Positions 1 to 17,671 are shown, numbered from the stretch's first letter. The stretch is DNA of 64,000 nucleotides from an uncultured Acidimicrobiia bacterium (GCA_963786955.1 CAWBAT010000004.1:96001-160000); one strand, 5' to 3'. The notes: generated by a model from the sequence alone, not told the origin. Program-made: numbers and translations.

Positions 1-235
1 CTGCTGTCAAGCGTACACAGCACTGACATCATCCTTCCGACAACCGACGGCCGTCAGATCAGGTTGCGTCGAGTGACGACGCCGACCGAAGAGCAAAAAA
101 CGTTACTCAACCACCTCGGCTTGGAGTTGCCCGAAAGACTCGATTTTGACTATGAATGTAGTGCAGACTCGGCAGCAGGCTAGATTGGTTCTAAACGACT
201 TAACAGAAAATCACGTCACTTCGTGAGAACTTGGG
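1..235 (+). mobile_element. 3' end of an IS1634-like insertion sequence (transposase C-terminus 1-183 plus right end)
   Basis: Frame 1 reads LLSSVHSTDIILPTTDGRQIRLRRVTTPTEEQKTLLNHLGLELPERL..CSADS*, resembling IS1634-family transposase C-termini; ends GAACTTGGG followed by TTAG. Confidence 0.65.
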
Positions 236-399
236 TTAGCGGCCAGACGCACGAAATTCAAACTTCAATTGGATGGCTGAACCAGAGGATTTTGAGGGCA
301 TCGGGCCAAATTGGTTGATTTCCGGCCGGTATGCGTCAAGAACAAAGGGCAAAACATTTTCAATGGCTGATCTTCCATTCCCGGCAGTCTTCGGTCTCA

Positions 400-434
400 C
401 GAAGACATGCCAAAAACACATGTCTTCGCCACCC
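400..434. repeat. REP-like hairpin CGAAGACATG-N9-CATGTCTTCG-CCACCC
   Basis: Perfect 10-bp stem; same motif occurs twice at 43133-43234. Confidence 0.7.
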
Positions 435-489
435 CGGCGAGCGCAGCTACCTTTGACTTGGCAAGCTTTCAACGCGGCCTCTCTTGCGG

Positions 490-888
490 CTATCGTTCGG
501 GGAAATGATTCATTTTCAGGCGAGCTGCCGCTTGGTCGCTTAAATCAACCATGGCTGCTGCGTTAATGGCAATCGCAATCGAGAGCGCCTCACTGATCTC
601 CTCCTTACTGGCTCCCAAGGACACGGCCTTTTTCAGGTGCCCGTCGAGACAGCCTTCACAGCGTGCGGCAAGGGACGCGGCTATTGAGATAAGCTCCTGA
701 ATCTTTGGCTCCAGCACGCGTCGTTCGGGGGTAAAATAGAGTTCTTTGTAAAAATTCCCGTAGATCTTCTTCATCCGCGGTTCCAGCATCGAATAAGATG
801 TGGAACCTGCGGGCGAACTTCCGGGGATGAGAGGCTCCGAAGGTTGCCCTTCTTTGCTTGAAGCTTTCTTCTTGGTTTCTTCATCCAT
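490..888 (-). CDS. Carboxymuconolactone decarboxylase/AhpD family protein
   Basis: ELISIAASLAARCEGCLDGH (CxxC..H) motif; GGAG RBS upstream. Confidence 0.85.
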   Translation of the reverse strand: MDEETKKKASSKEGQPSEPLIPGSSPAGSTSYSMLEPRMKKIYGNFYKELYFTPERRVLEPKIQELISIAASLAARCEGCLDGHLKKAVSLGASKEEISEALSIAIAINAAAMVDLSDQAAARLKMNHFPER

Positions 889-1042
889 AGATGGTTCTCC
901 TTCCCGATAGAAACGAGACCCTTAGTATAACTGGAACATTGGGCAGGACCAACGGATAAGCAAGCCAGATTGTTCCCCAGGATAGCAAGCACTATTCATT
1001 GCAGACAGATTAGATGTTGCTCATCGCTAAGTCTTCACCCCC

Positions 1043-1110
1043 CATTGTCCCCCCCTTGTGCAAGGGGGGACAATGATGTGCCGACTTTCCCCTTTGCAAA
1101 AGAAAGTCGG
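1043..1110. repeat. Two adjacent GC-rich hairpins (CCCCCCTT..AAGGGGGG type)
   Basis: CATTGTCCCCCC..GGGGGGACAATG and CCGACTTTC..GAAAGTCGG inverted repeats. Confidence 0.55.
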
Positions 1111-1166
1111 TCTTGTGTAGGCCACCGATGGGATGGCGCACTCGGGGAGTACGCTCTATTGGGACA

Positions 1167-1913
1167 TTACAATTTCTTAGCGACAATGATCATGCGTGGA
1201 CTGGAGACCGCATAAGGCGAGGAATCCTTGTTCCCGTAAGTGGCTACGACTTTGAACCCGGCGTCCTCCAACATATCTTCGAGTTCAGCATGCGTATAGA
1301 GCTTGATGTCATACTCAACGTTCCGACGCTCTCCATGATCGAAGATGATGCGCTTGGTATGAATTCTGGATGTGTGGGCGTTGAAACCGATGTCTTCCAG
1401 AAGAAAGAACTCGGGCTCAATCTCATCCCAGCGGCGAGGTTGATTTTCCACTTTGTGGATCGTCCAGTCCCGGTTGACGGTTTCAATTAAAAACCTACCG
1501 CCGGGAACTAGCGCCTTGGCCACCGTCTCGAGTACCCCTTTGTTTTCGGCGTCCGAAAAGTAGCCAAAACTGGTGAAGTAGGAGAAAGCGGCGTCAAAGC
1601 GGGTGACGAAATGAGTCTGTCGCATATCTCCGATCAGAAATTCCACATTGGGAAGTCCTTTCGACCGGGCCGACTGTATTGCCATCTCGATGAAACGAGG
1701 GGAAAGGTCAATGCCGGTGACTTCAAATCCTCGCTGAGCCAATTCAATGGCGTGCCGGCCATGCCCGCATGCTAAGTCCAAGACTCGCCCTCCCTTCGGA
1801 ATCGACAAGGTGGATACAATAAAATCGACCTCGGCACTATTCTTTTCCGGTGTGAACGTGGGGAAGTAAATGCGGTCGTAATCCCGATTAAACAATTCCT
1901 CATACCAGTTCAT
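1167..1913 (-). CDS. Class I SAM-dependent methyltransferase
   Basis: VLDLACGHGRH motif I, GIDLS, GDMR, FTSFGYF. Confidence 0.9.
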   Translation of the reverse strand: MNWYEELFNRDYDRIYFPTFTPEKNSAEVDFIVSTLSIPKGGRVLDLACGHGRHAIELAQRGFEVTGIDLSPRFIEMAIQSARSKGLPNVEFLIGDMRQTHFVTRFDAAFSYFTSFGYFSDAENKGVLETVAKALVPGGRFLIETVNRDWTIHKVENQPRRWDEIEPEFFLLEDIGFNAHTSRIHTKRIIFDHGERRNVEYDIKLYTHAELEDMLEDAGFKVVATYGNKDSSPYAVSSPRMIIVAKKL

Positions 1914-4147
1914 GGCGTATGCTCCGTTTTTATGGTTAGATTGTCCAGTGTCTCCGTTAGAGATGTGTGGTGAGCCGTGTCGCTTTCAGGCTCAAATTCT
2001 CCTATTTCTCTCACAACTTCCATGAGTTTGCCCACCTCAAACAAAATGGCCTCGCAATGCTTCTTCTGAAGGGAAGAACTTCTTCCAAAACGTATATAAA
2101 TAACCTGAACTTCTTCCCGGATCCGGTCCAGGGTTGTCTCAACAGCCCGGCGGAGCGCGAGGCAATATTCTCGACGAAGCTCATCAATCTTCAGCAACCC
2201 TTCCCATTGATGGAGATTTCGTAAGGTCAAAACAATCGACCCGCGCAACTCAAACAAAAGATTCTGATCGTTGGTTGTAAAATCCGTATTCTTGTCAACC
2301 AGAAGGACACCGCCAAGAGGTTTTTCTTGAAAGAAAAGCGTGCAAACCATGCAGTTCCGCTGGATGATCAGGCTCAGAGGCCCTTCAATTCCAGAATCAT
2401 TACCTGGCACATTGGAGTAATACACATTCCGTGAGTCGGCAGCCCAACCGGGAAACCATTCCTCTTTGATCTCCAAAGAGCACAACTCACCCCCGTCGCC
2501 CCGAATAACAGGATTCTCCCATAAGGCCCGAAACGTTCGGTCTTCCTGGGTGTAGAGTAAAAGAATCGCCTGTTGCACCGAAAAAATCCCTTGGAGCGTC
2601 TCACATAACCGGGGGAGATGAACACTCATTGGGCCCACCGCATCTGAGCAAGACAGGATCGCAACCTGATGAGTCAATGACTGAAGAGCTTCCATTTCCG
2701 CTGGATGGGCTTCTCCGATAACAGGGGACTGCTCCTCGTCATGAAAGGGAAACGGATCATCACCTACTCCCCCCGCGGACTCTGGATTGAATTCACCCAA
2801 GAGCTCCGCTGGATGGGATTCTGCGATAACAGGGGATAGTTTCTCGTCATCAAAGGGAGGCGAATCCTCCCCAGGTTTCCTCGCGGTCTCAGAATTGAAT
2901 TCATCTAAGTGCTCCATTGGCTCCGGAGGAGGCCAATGGGCATCGGCATCATCCCCGGACGCCTTCCCGCGCTTCGTATCGTGCTGTAATATCCACAAGG
3001 AATTCAAGGAAAGCATCAAGCCCACGATGACCGCAATCCAAGTCGTCCAACGTTGTCGGCTCAAAAACGATCCGGGACGCTCACCCGCAGAGATATCATT
3101 TTCCTCGTCGGGTGTGACGCGTGTTACCAATCTGGCTGAGATCGGTCCTAAAGGCAAAATTTGTAGATACTCTCCTGACAATCGCCCTGAGTAAGCTGCC
3201 GTCATCGGCAATCCGCTGAGAATCGACTCGAGTTCTGAAAAATTGTGGAGCTTCAGATCTTTCAGAAATTGAGGGGTCCCTTCCACCCGGTCCTGAGTGA
3301 CGGACTGCTCCAGTCTCGGACTGATCCCGAGCACCTTGTCGCCACTCCCGAGTATCAGGGCTTGCCGGTCACGGAAATCAGAGGCGAGGAAACATCCCTT
3401 GGCCAAAGGAAGCGGGTTGACCTCAGTGACGATGACTCCATGAAATTGATCTCCCGCGAAGAAGGGAGCCGCACACAGTACCCGGCTCCCCTGCTCCGGA
3501 GGAATCGCCGTGATCACTTCCCAGACTGCATCGTGTTCAGGATCATGTGCCGGACTGGCCTTGACAAAGATCGAGAGAGTGGAGGATTGATAGTCCTTCT
3601 TCATCCGTCCACTTCTAATTTGCTCTTTAAAGTTGAACCAGGGGAAACTCCGCTGGAACGAATCCACCGTAATGAGGCTAAGCCGTCCATAGATGGGATT
3701 CTGGCGCATGAGCGTTTGAAACATCGGATTGAGATACTCAGAAAGTCTAACTTCTTTCAACAGAGTGGGCGTCAAAGGAGTTAAGGTGCTCAGGAAGGCA
3801 ACTGACGTGCCGTCATTACGGACAGAGCCATAGATGCCAATCTTTTCATCGTAATCATATTCCCCGGGCTGAGCGGAAAGCCGGTAGCTTTCAGGATGTG
3901 AAAAGATATCCGTCGCCAAGTCCGCAAGGAACTTGGTGTCCAGGCGAGCTTTTTCCAGTTTAAGAGAAAACAAGGCGGCTATAGGCTTTGCCTGATTCTG
4001 CAGCGCCCGACCTACAAAGAGTTCATTCGGATGAGAGGTTTTGGGGCGAAATGAAAAGAAAATCACAAGAAGGAGAATCGCGATCATGATGCAATTCATC
4101 CCCAAGAGGTATCGGGTTCGCGGTCTTAAGAAAGTGTGCAGGCGCAT
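1910..4147 (-). CDS. Membrane sensor-like protein (TM-Cache-like-TM, acidic repeat linker, GAF, degenerate HisKA-like tail; no HATPase)
   Basis: Two hydrophobic segments, Cache-like periplasmic region, GAF-like C-half; start taken at ATG 4147 (MRLHTF). Confidence 0.6.
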   Translation of the reverse strand: MRLHTFLRPRTRYLLGMNCIMIAILLLVIFFSFRPKTSHPNELFVGRALQNQAKPIAALFSLKLEKARLDTKFLADLATDIFSHPESYRLSAQPGEYDYDEKIGIYGSVRNDGTSVAFLSTLTPLTPTLLKEVRLSEYLNPMFQTLMRQNPIYGRLSLITVDSFQRSFPWFNFKEQIRSGRMKKDYQSSTLSIFVKASPAHDPEHDAVWEVITAIPPEQGSRVLCAAPFFAGDQFHGVIVTEVNPLPLAKGCFLASDFRDRQALILGSGDKVLGISPRLEQSVTQDRVEGTPQFLKDLKLHNFSELESILSGLPMTAAYSGRLSGEYLQILPLGPISARLVTRVTPDEENDISAGERPGSFLSRQRWTTWIAVIVGLMLSLNSLWILQHDTKRGKASGDDADAHWPPPEPMEHLDEFNSETARKPGEDSPPFDDEKLSPVIAESHPAELLGEFNPESAGGVGDDPFPFHDEEQSPVIGEAHPAEMEALQSLTHQVAILSCSDAVGPMSVHLPRLCETLQGIFSVQQAILLLYTQEDRTFRALWENPVIRGDGGELCSLEIKEEWFPGWAADSRNVYYSNVPGNDSGIEGPLSLIIQRNCMVCTLFFQEKPLGGVLLVDKNTDFTTNDQNLLFELRGSIVLTLRNLHQWEGLLKIDELRREYCLALRRAVETTLDRIREEVQVIYIRFGRSSSLQKKHCEAILFEVGKLMEVVREIGEFEPESDTAHHTSLTETLDNLTIKTEHTP

Positions 4148-4318
4148 CGGGAAAAATGGGGCCAGCCTTAGGCGGTCGAATGAGGCAAAGAGTATCGCCG
4201 CAAAAACAGTAAAGAATGGCGTGCCGAATGTCAATGTTACTAGAAGGGGGATTCAGACTGTTGCCTTTGGAATGGGACTTGGTATCAGAAACCTTCTAAC
4301 GTTCGGCCCTTCATGAAC

Positions 4319-4355
4319 AAAAAAAAGCCCTTGCGGATTGACCCGCAAGGGCTTT
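4319..4355 (-). terminator. Rho-independent terminator of the rpoBC operon
   Basis: AAAGCCCTTGCGG-N6-CCGCAAGGGCTTT hairpin followed by a T-run on the minus strand, just after the rpoC stop. Confidence 0.85.
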
Positions 4356-4381
4356 CATTCCAGTCCACTCTATTTTGAAGG

Positions 4382-7300
4382 TTAGTTTACAGTAGGAAAG
4401 CCATCACTGCTCAAAGTGCTTTCGAATTCGGAGTCGCCCACAAAGTCTTCACCGACCCCTTCTTCACTGGGAGTTGGTTCTTCCGTCTTCAATTTGACAT
4501 TGCGGTAAAACTCCATTCCAGTGCCGGCAGGAATTAATCTTCCCATGATCACGTTTTCCTTTAAACCTCTCAGATAGTCGATCCGGCCACTGATGGAGGC
4601 TTCGGTCAGCACACGAGTGGTTTCCTGGAACGAGGCAGCGGAAATAAAGGAATCGGTGGAAAGAGAGGCTTTCGTGATGCCGAGGAGAAGCGGACTGCCT
4701 TTGGCAGGAACCCCGTCATCCGCTTTGACCCGATCATTTTCCTCCTGGAAGCGGAATTTGTCGACCTGCTCTTCCAAAAGGAAATCAGAATCACCCACCT
4801 CTTCGATCTTCATCCAGCGCATCATCTGCCGGACTATGACTTCGATGTGTTTGTCATTAATATTGACCCCCTGCAGGCGGTAAACCTCTTGAATTTCGTT
4901 GACCAGGTATGCCTGTAATTCCTTTTCTCCGAGCACGGCCAGGATGTCATGAGGATTCAAGGGGCCGTCCATGAGTGGTTCGCCCGCTTTCACAGTCTCG
5001 CCTTCTTGAACGTTCACGTGAACCCCTCGCGGCAGAGAGTATTCTTTTTCCATCCCACTTTCATTCGTGACCAGGATTTTGCGGGTTCCTTTGGCAATAT
5101 CCCCATATCGGACCACACCGTCAATTTCTGTAATGACGGCGGTTTCGCGTGGCTTTCGGGCTTCAAACAATTCCACGACGCGCGGCAGTCCGCCCGTAAT
5201 ATCCTTGGTTTTGGTGGTTTCACGCGGGATCTTGGCCAGAATGTCGCCAGGATGGACTTCTTCTCCATCCGTAACCATAAGGTGGGCCCGTGAGGGCATG
5301 AGATATTTTTTGACTGCCTTATGTTTGTCAGAACTCTTGATCACGATCTGAGGTTGTCGCTTTTCATCCTGTGACTCAATGACCACCAAGCGGGAGAGGC
5401 TGGTCACTTCGTCGACTTCTTCCTGCATCGTGACGGCATCAACCAAGTCCTTGAACTGGATGGTTCCTCCCACCTCAGTCAAGATGGCATAAGTGTAAGG
5501 ATCCCACTCGACGAGTACGTCACCGACTTTTAACTCGTCCTCTTCCTTTAATTTAATTTTGGCGCCGTAAACCACGGAATAACGCTCTTTTTCACGGCCT
5601 TTCTCATCCACGACCGCAATGAGTCCGTTCCGGTTCATGACAATCAGGTCACCCTCTTTGTTGGTCACAGTAATCAAATTGATAAATTTGAGGATCCCGT
5701 CATTTTTGGCTTCCAAAGTCGATTGCTCGGATACGCGACTGGCGGTCCCCCCGATGTGGAAAGTCCTCATCGTGAGCTGCGTTCCGGGTTCTCCGATAGA
5801 CTGGGCGGCAATCACCCCGACCGCTTCACCTAATTCAACCATCGAACCGCTACCGAGGTTGCGTCCATAACACTTCACACAAACCCCACGGCGGGATTCG
5901 CAGGTCAACACCGACCGAATCTTGACGCGTTCCACCCCGGCTGCCTGAATATCGTTGGCCAGGCTCTCTGTAATTTCCTGATTCAGGTTCACAATAACGT
6001 TGCTTTCGTAATCCTTGATCTCATCCAGAGAAACTCGACCGACAATTCGGTCGCGCAACGGTTCGATGATCTCCCCACTCTCCACAATCGCGGTCACGTA
6101 GATACCGTTGAGAGTGCCACAATCTCCCTCTGAAATAATCACGTCTTGGGCCACATCAACCAACCGGCGCGTCAGGTAACCGGAATCCGCCGTCTTCAAA
6201 GCGGTATCGGCCAGACCTTTGCGGGCACCGTGAGTTGAAATGAAGTACTGCAGCACAGTCAGTCCTTCACGGAAGTTGGCCTTAATCGGGGTCTCGATAA
6301 TTTCACCCGATGGCTTGGCCATCAAACCGCGCATCCCGGCCAACTGACGGATCTGCTGTTTGGATCCGCGAGCACCCGAGTCCGCCATAATGTAGATCGG
6401 GTTGAACTCGGTCCCTTCCTTGTTCTCTCTCTCAATCCCCTTGATCATTTCATCCGCAACCTTTTCGGTCACGTTGGACCAGATTTCAATCACTTTATTG
6501 TAGCGTTCGCCCTTGGTAATGGCGCCGTCTTGATACTGCTGTTCAACCTTTAACACCTCGCGCTCGGCGGATTCCACAAGCTTATTCTTCTCAGCCGGGA
6601 TGAGCAGGTCATCAATTCCGATGGAGATTCCAGCCTTGGTCGCATAGGTAAAGCCAAGCGCCTTGATTTCGTCCAGCATCTTGACGGTCTTTTCCAACCC
6701 CAATCGCAAATAACAAAATTGAACGAGTTGGCCCAAGCCTTTCTTCTTCATCAAGCCATTGATAAATGGCATTTCTTTGGGGAGATGATCGTTCAAGATC
6801 ACGCGCCCCACGGTAGTTTTCAGGTAATCCCTCTCCAGATGAATGACTTCCGTGTGCATGAGGTCCTGGTCATCGTAGGCGGTAGTCAAATCGATCACAT
6901 CACCGGTATAGCGGTAACGGATGGGAGTCAATGTTTCCAACTCCCCGGCTTCCAGTGCCAGGAGAACTTCCTCAGTACTCCCAAAAACCCGGCCTTCGCC
7001 TTTCGTCCCACCTCTCAACATGGTCAAATAATAACAGCCCAGGACGATGTCCTGAGTGGGCACGGTGATGGGCAACCCGTTTGAAGGCGACAGAATATTG
7101 TTCGACGACAGCATCAACACGGAGGCTTCAATCTGGGATTCGGGCGAAAGTGGAATGTGAACCGCCATCTGGTCTCCGTCGAAGTCAGCGTTGAATGCCG
7201 TACAAACCAGCGGATGGATTTGAATGGCCTTGCCCTCGACCAGCACCGGCTCAAATGCTTGAATCCCGAGGCGGTGCAAGGTGGGAGCGCGGTTGAGAAG

Positions 7301-8560
7301 CACGGGATGTTCTCGAATCACCTCTTCGAGGATATCCCACACAATGGGCTCCTGCTGTTCAACCATTTCTTTCGCGGCTTTGATAGTCGAACAATGCCCC
7401 GACTGCTCCAGCCGGTTGTAGATGAAGGGTTTGAATAATTCGAGAGCCATCCTCTTGGGTAAACCGCAATTATGCAACTTCAAGTCCGGTCCTACAACGA
7501 TCACGGAGCGGCCGGAATAGTCCACACGTTTTCCGAGTAGGTTTTGGCGAAAGCGGCCTTGCTTGCCCTTCAAGGTATCTGACAGTGATTTTAGCGGGCG
7601 GTTGTTCGCTCCGCGTAAGACTCTCCCTCTTCGGCCGTTGTCAAATAGGGCATCCACCGCTTCCTGAAGCATTCTTTTTTCGTTGCGAACGATGACGTCG
7701 GGCGCATGCAACTCAATCAGCTTCTTCAATCGATTGTTGCGGTTGATAACACGGCGATACAAATCGTTCAAATCTGAAGTCGCAAATCGGCCCCCATCCA
7801 GAGGAACCAACGGTCTCAGCTCCGGTGGAATTACCGGGATCACATCCAGGATCATCCATTCCGGTTTGTTGCCAGATTTGCGGAATGATTCGACAACCTT
7901 AAGGCGTTTCGAGTACTTCAACTTCTTTTGCTGGGAATTCTCGGTTTTCATCTTATGCCGAAGCTCAATGGACAATTCTTCAATATCAATCTGCTTCAGC
8001 AGTTGTTTGATCGCCTCCGCACCCATCATGGCCGTGAACTTCCCGGAGTACTCATCCATCATCTGGCGGAATTTGTCTTCACTCAGGACTTCTTTTTCCT
8101 TGAGGGGCGCATCGCCAGAATCAATGACCACATAGGCTTCGAAGTAGAGAATTCTCTCCAATTCCCGCAGGCTGATGTCCAGCAGATGGCCGATGCGGCT
8201 GGGAAGGCCTTTAAAAAACCAAACATGGGAACAAGGGCTCGCCAATTCAATATGTCCCAGACGTTCGCGGCGGACTTTGGAGAGGGTCACCTCAACACCG
8301 CATTTATCGCAAATGACTCCTCGGTGCTTCATCCGTTTGTACTTCCCGCACAGACATTCCCAATCCGTTACCGGTCCAAAAATCTTCGCGCAGAACAAGC
8401 CGTCACGCTCGGGTTTAAAAGTCCGGTAGTTGATGGTTTCGGGTTTGGTCACTTCACCCTTGGACCAGGAGCGAATTTTTTCCGGGGATGCCAAGCTGAT
8501 TCTGATGCTGTCAAAATCGGCAATGACATTGCCTCGATCATAGGGGTTTTGTCGAAACAA
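4382..8560 (-). CDS. rpoC: DNA-directed RNA polymerase subunit beta'
   Basis: [10 protein letters not shown] catalytic motif, Zn-binding cysteines, 1392 aa. Confidence 0.99.
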   Translation of the reverse strand: MFRQNPYDRGNVIADFDSIRISLASPEKIRSWSKGEVTKPETINYRTFKPERDGLFCAKIFGPVTDWECLCGKYKRMKHRGVICDKCGVEVTLSKVRRERLGHIELASPCSHVWFFKGLPSRIGHLLDISLRELERILYFEAYVVIDSGDAPLKEKEVLSEDKFRQMMDEYSGKFTAMMGAEAIKQLLKQIDIEELSIELRHKMKTENSQQKKLKYSKRLKVVESFRKSGNKPEWMILDVIPVIPPELRPLVPLDGGRFATSDLNDLYRRVINRNNRLKKLIELHAPDVIVRNEKRMLQEAVDALFDNGRRGRVLRGANNRPLKSLSDTLKGKQGRFRQNLLGKRVDYSGRSVIVVGPDLKLHNCGLPKRMALELFKPFIYNRLEQSGHCSTIKAAKEMVEQQEPIVWDILEEVIREHPVLLNRAPTLHRLGIQAFEPVLVEGKAIQIHPLVCTAFNADFDGDQMAVHIPLSPESQIEASVLMLSSNNILSPSNGLPITVPTQDIVLGCYYLTMLRGGTKGEGRVFGSTEEVLLALEAGELETLTPIRYRYTGDVIDLTTAYDDQDLMHTEVIHLERDYLKTTVGRVILNDHLPKEMPFINGLMKKKGLGQLVQFCYLRLGLEKTVKMLDEIKALGFTYATKAGISIGIDDLLIPAEKNKLVESAEREVLKVEQQYQDGAITKGERYNKVIEIWSNVTEKVADEMIKGIERENKEGTEFNPIYIMADSGARGSKQQIRQLAGMRGLMAKPSGEIIETPIKANFREGLTVLQYFISTHGARKGLADTALKTADSGYLTRRLVDVAQDVIISEGDCGTLNGIYVTAIVESGEIIEPLRDRIVGRVSLDEIKDYESNVIVNLNQEITESLANDIQAAGVERVKIRSVLTCESRRGVCVKCYGRNLGSGSMVELGEAVGVIAAQSIGEPGTQLTMRTFHIGGTASRVSEQSTLEAKNDGILKFINLITVTNKEGDLIVMNRNGLIAVVDEKGREKERYSVVYGAKIKLKEEDELKVGDVLVEWDPYTYAILTEVGGTIQFKDLVDAVTMQEEVDEVTSLSRLVVIESQDEKRQPQIVIKSSDKHKAVKKYLMPSRAHLMVTDGEEVHPGDILAKIPRETTKTKDITGGLPRVVELFEARKPRETAVITEIDGVVRYGDIAKGTRKILVTNESGMEKEYSLPRGVHVNVQEGETVKAGEPLMDGPLNPHDILAVLGEKELQAYLVNEIQEVYRLQGVNINDKHIEVIVRQMMRWMKIEEVGDSDFLLEEQVDKFRFQEENDRVKADDGVPAKGSPLLLGITKASLSTDSFISAASFQETTRVLTEASISGRIDYLRGLKENVIMGRLIPAGTGMEFYRNVKLKTEEPTPSEEGVGEDFVGDSEFESTLSSDGFPTVN

Positions 8561-8674
8561 GGTGGACCTCCTCTGGAGGGTACGATTCTAAAAATTTTCA
8601 GACTTCTTATGACAATTTCAATTCAGACCGCCGTCATTGCGGCATTTTCTCAATAAAACCTATCGCTTCATTCT

Positions 8675-12943
<4,269 letters not shown>

Positions 12944-13128
12944 CTCTTTAACTCCTTGGGAACCAGTTGAGAACGATTGGCCCCGGCACAACGTTCAAAT
13001 ACTGGAAAAATGGATTGGATACAGGCTTATGGGGGAAAATAGGAAGAGGGGGAAGCACACTTCCCCCCGCAGGATTTTGATCAATTTTTGAATCAAAATA
13101 CAGACTTAGAAGCAATCGAGTCCTGTAG

Positions 13129-13512
13129 TTACTTTAATTCGACAACAGCCCCTGCGTCAGCAAACTTCTTCTTGATGGTCTCCGCTTCCTCTTTGCTGAC
13201 CCCTTCTTTAATCGTCTTGGGAGCACCATCCACCAAATCTTTGGCTTCCTTCAGCCCAAGACTGGTTACTTCGCGAACTGCCTTGATCGTATTGATTTTA
13301 TTAGAGCCAACATTCGTCAATACGACCGCAAATTCCGTTTTCTCCTCGACTGGAGCAGCCACTGCGCCACCCCCTCCACCGATAGCCATAACCGGGGCAG
13401 CGGCAGCCGCAGAGACACCGAAAGCCTCTTCTAGCCCTTTGACTAACTGAGAAGCTTCCAGTAGCGTCAGCACCTTAATCTCTTCTAATATCTTTTGCAC
13501 TTTGTCAGACAT
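13129..13512 (-). CDS. rplL: 50S ribosomal protein L7/L12
   Basis: [30 protein letters not shown]. Confidence 0.98.
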   Translation of the reverse strand: MSDKVQKILEEIKVLTLLEASQLVKGLEEAFGVSAAAAAPVMAIGGGGGAVAAPVEEKTEFAVVLTNVGSNKINTIKAVREVTSLGLKEAKDLVDGAPKTIKEGVSKEEAETIKKKFADAGAVVELK

Positions 13513-13555
13513 TCAGCATCTCCTCCTGAAAAATAGGATCATCCATTATTTTCAA

Positions 13556-14080
13556 TTATTCTGAAAAACTCTTCTTCTCTGCTGCCTGGTTCAGCACGAC
13601 CGCCAGATTCCGGGAAACGGCGGATAGGGCCGTCGCGAGGCGCTGGGCTTGAGCATTCAACAAGAACATTAATTTCGAGATCAACTCCTCCTTGGATGGA
13701 AGGCTGGCGATTTGATCCAAGTCCGCCAGATTAACCACTCTTCCTTCAACCATGCCCGCTTTGAAGACAAAAAGCGGATGGTTCTTCGCATAAGCGGTCA
13801 GGGCCTTCGCCAAGGTAACCGGATCGGTCTCGTTATAGATCACGGCACTGGTCCCGACAAACTGATCTTTCAAGGGCGCCACCGATGTTTTCTCCGACGC
13901 CTTTTGTGCCAAGGTATTCTTCACTACCTTGTACTTCGAGCCCGTCGCTCGAACGCTCCGCCTCAACTCGGAATCCTGAGCCACTGTGAGTCCCTGAAAG
14001 CCAGCAACAAAAAGATTCTTGGCCTTCTGAAATTCCGCATTCAGTTTCTGAATTTCCTGCTCTTTTTCATCACGATTCAT
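13556..14080 (-). CDS. rplJ: 50S ribosomal protein L10
   Basis: YKVVKNTL, LPSKEELISKL; synteny. Confidence 0.97.
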   Translation of the reverse strand: MNRDEKEQEIQKLNAEFQKAKNLFVAGFQGLTVAQDSELRRSVRATGSKYKVVKNTLAQKASEKTSVAPLKDQFVGTSAVIYNETDPVTLAKALTAYAKNHPLFVFKAGMVEGRVVNLADLDQIASLPSKEELISKLMFLLNAQAQRLATALSAVSRNLAVVLNQAAEKKSFSE

Positions 14081-14100
14081 GAAAAAATGCCCCCCTCGGC

Positions 14101-14796
14101 TTACTTTTCAAACAAGACCTGATCGACTGAAATTCCAGGTCCCATGGTCGAACTGATAAAAATACTGCGGACGTATTTTCCCTTTGTCGCAGCCGGTTTC
14201 GCCTTCATGACTGATTCAATGAGCGTCCTGGCATTGTCGAGGAGCTTCTCGCTCGTGAAAGATGCTTTACCAAGAGGCGTGTGGATGATTGAGGTTTTGT
14301 CCACGCGGAATTCCACCTTGCCCGCCTTGATCTCCTGGATCGCCTTCGCCAGGTCAAAGGTCACTGTCCCCGTCTTGGGATTGGGCATAAGGCCCTTGGG
14401 GCCCAGGATCTTCCCCAATCTCCCAACAGATTTCATCATATCGGGTGTGGCAATCAAAGCATCGAAGTCGAGCCAGCCTTCCTGCTGGATCTTGGCGACC
14501 AGTTCTTCGCCGCCGGCGAAATCGGCTCCCGCCAGTTCCGCTTCTTTGATCTTCTCACCTGCAGCAATCACGCAGACTTTTTTCATCTTGCCCAATCCAT
14601 GGGGCAGGACTACGGTCCCGCGCACCATCTGGTCAGCGTGCTTGGGGTCGACGCCCAATCGCAGCGCGATTTCCACCGTCTCATCAAACTTGGCTGTGGC
14701 TAACTTTTTCACCAGAGGAATCGCCTCTTCCAGTTTATACACCTTGTTCTCGACTAGGCTCTTAGCCTTCTTAAATCGCTTTCCAACTCGCCCCAT
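14101..14796 (-). CDS. rplA: 50S ribosomal protein L1
   Basis: [31 protein letters not shown]; start MGRVGK at 14796. Confidence 0.98.
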   Translation of the reverse strand: MGRVGKRFKKAKSLVENKVYKLEEAIPLVKKLATAKFDETVEIALRLGVDPKHADQMVRGTVVLPHGLGKMKKVCVIAAGEKIKEAELAGADFAGGEELVAKIQQEGWLDFDALIATPDMMKSVGRLGKILGPKGLMPNPKTGTVTFDLAKAIQEIKAGKVEFRVDKTSIIHTPLGKASFTSEKLLDNARTLIESVMKAKPAATKGKYVRSIFISSTMGPGISVDQVLFEK

Positions 14797-14809
14797 AATC
14801 GCTCCCTCA

Positions 14810-15241
14810 TTAACTGACAATATCGATGCCCATGCTGCGGGCGGTACCCTTGACAATCTTGACTGCCGCATCCAAGTTAAAGGCATTCAGGTCAGGCATC
14901 TTGAGCTTGGCAATTTCCTCCACCTGCTTTTCCGTCACCTTCCCCACTTTGCTTTTGTTGGGCTCACCGGATCCTTTGGCAATTCCGCAAGCTCTCTTCA
15001 ATAGAATTGAAGCGGGCGGGGTTTTGGTAACAAAGGAATACGACCGGTCCGCATAAACAGTGATGACAACAGGGATGATCAGGCCTTCCTGGTCTTTTGC
15101 CGAGGTCCTGGCATTGAACGCCTTGCAAAAATCCATGATATTCACACTGTGCTGCCCCAAGGCCGGACCCACCGGCGGCGCAGGCGTCGCTTTCCCGGCT
15201 GGAATTTGTAACTTCACGTAAGCCACTACTTTCTTAGCCAT
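14810..15241 (-). CDS. rplK: 50S ribosomal protein L11
   Basis: [17 protein letters not shown] motif. Confidence 0.98.
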   Translation of the reverse strand: MAKKVVAYVKLQIPAGKATPAPPVGPALGQHSVNIMDFCKAFNARTSAKDQEGLIIPVVITVYADRSYSFVTKTPPASILLKRACGIAKGSGEPNKSKVGKVTEKQVEEIAKLKMPDLNAFNLDAAVKIVKGTARSMGIDIVS

Positions 15242-15287
15242 TCAACAATCTCCGCCTTCATTCTTTATCTATTGTAACAGGCTCCCA

Positions 15288-15818
15288 CTAAACTTTTTCA
15301 ACTTGCAAAAAGTCTAATTCAACCGGAGTTTGCCGGCCGAAAATAGTGACCATGACTTTCAATGTATTCCGGTCTGGATTCATCTCATCGACGGTCCCGG
15401 TGAAGGTGTTAAAAGGTCCGTCAATAATCTTCACGGATTCACCCCGCTCAAAGCTCATCTCCACCTTCGGCTTTTCCGCGGTCACTTCAGCATGATGAAT
15501 GATCTGATCGACTTCCTGCTGGCTTAAAGGGGAAGGTTTCTGTCCCGAACCAACAAATCCTGTCACGCGCGGCGTGTTCCGGACAATATGCCACGCCTTG
15601 TCGCTCATTTCCATCTCTACCAGGACATACCCTGGAAACGTCATTTTTGAACTCGTTACCCGCTTTCCACCTTTCATTTCTACGACATCTTCGGTGGGGA
15701 CAATGAGTTGCCCAAACTCTTCCTCGACTCCAAAGGCCTGGATCCGGCTTTGCAGACTTTCGGAGACTTTACGCTCAAACCCTGAATACGTATGTACGAT
15801 GAACCACTGCTTTGCCAT
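15288..15818 (-). CDS. nusG: Transcription termination/antitermination factor NusG
   Basis: [23 protein letters not shown] domain with [10 protein letters not shown]. Confidence 0.98.
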   Translation of the reverse strand: MAKQWFIVHTYSGFERKVSESLQSRIQAFGVEEEFGQLIVPTEDVVEMKGGKRVTSSKMTFPGYVLVEMEMSDKAWHIVRNTPRVTGFVGSGQKPSPLSQQEVDQIIHHAEVTAEKPKVEMSFERGESVKIIDGPFNTFTGTVDEMNPDRNTLKVMVTIFGRQTPVELDFLQVEKV

Positions 15819-15899
15819 GAATTTCCGCTCGCCCTGTGCCGCCGTGACACTTCCGTGTCAGCAGCCGGGATCTATTGAGTGATGAGAAAAACTGAAAGC

Positions 15900-16109
15900 C
15901 TACTTAAACAGCTTGAAAATAGATTCTACACCCTTCTGGAGCACCACATCGATGAGGCCCAGATAGGCTCCGAAAAAAAAGACCGCAAAAACGACCACTA
16001 CCGTCGTGCCGTAGACTTCTCGCCTCCCAGGCCATGAAACCTTCCGCATCTCAAGTCGAACTTCGATAAAGAATTGCTTAATCTGAGCAAACTTGAGTTT
16101 TTCCAGCAA
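15900..16109 (-). CDS. secE: Preprotein translocase subunit SecE
   Basis: EMRKVSWP motif plus single TM; synteny. Confidence 0.95.
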   Translation of the reverse strand: MLEKLKFAQIKQFFIEVRLEMRKVSWPGRREVYGTTVVVVFAVFFFGAYLGLIDVVLQKGVESIFKLFK

Positions 16110-16143
16110 TGAAAAGCCTCCGGTGATTCATTGATCAGTGATT

Positions 16144-16220
16144 TGGCAGGCCAGGAGGGACTCGAACCCCCAACATCCGGTTTTGGAGACCGGCGCTCTA
16201 CCAATTCGAGCTACTGGCCT
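16144..16220 (-). tRNA. tRNA-Trp (CCA)
   Basis: Cloverleaf, anticodon loop CTCCAAA, GTTCGAG T-loop, encoded 3' CCA. Confidence 0.97.
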
Positions 16221-16238
16221 ATGTTTCTCTATAACGGG

Positions 16239-16388
16239 TTATTTTGTTTCCTTATGAACTGTGTGCGATCTACACGAACCGCAGAACTTCTTAAACTCGA
16301 GTCGTTCTGTCGTCTTCTTCTTATTTTTTGTGGTTGAGTAGTTTCGCCGCTTACACTCGGTACATTGAAGGGTAACGATATCTCGCAT
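16239..16388 (-). CDS. rpmG: 50S ribosomal protein L33 (four-Cys form); below the ORF-track length cutoff
   Basis: Translates [49 protein letters not shown]. Confidence 0.97.
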   Translation of the reverse strand: MRDIVTLQCTECKRRNYSTTKNKKKTTERLEFKKFCGSCRSHTVHKETK

Positions 16389-16483
16389 TTCCGCTTTCCC
16401 GGTCTTCCTTTATTTCTAGGTCTTAAAGTCTTGCCCGTGGTTCGGTTTTTGGCCGTCACGGGCCGAATTCTTGCTCACGCGTC

Positions 16484-17671
<1,188 letters not shown>

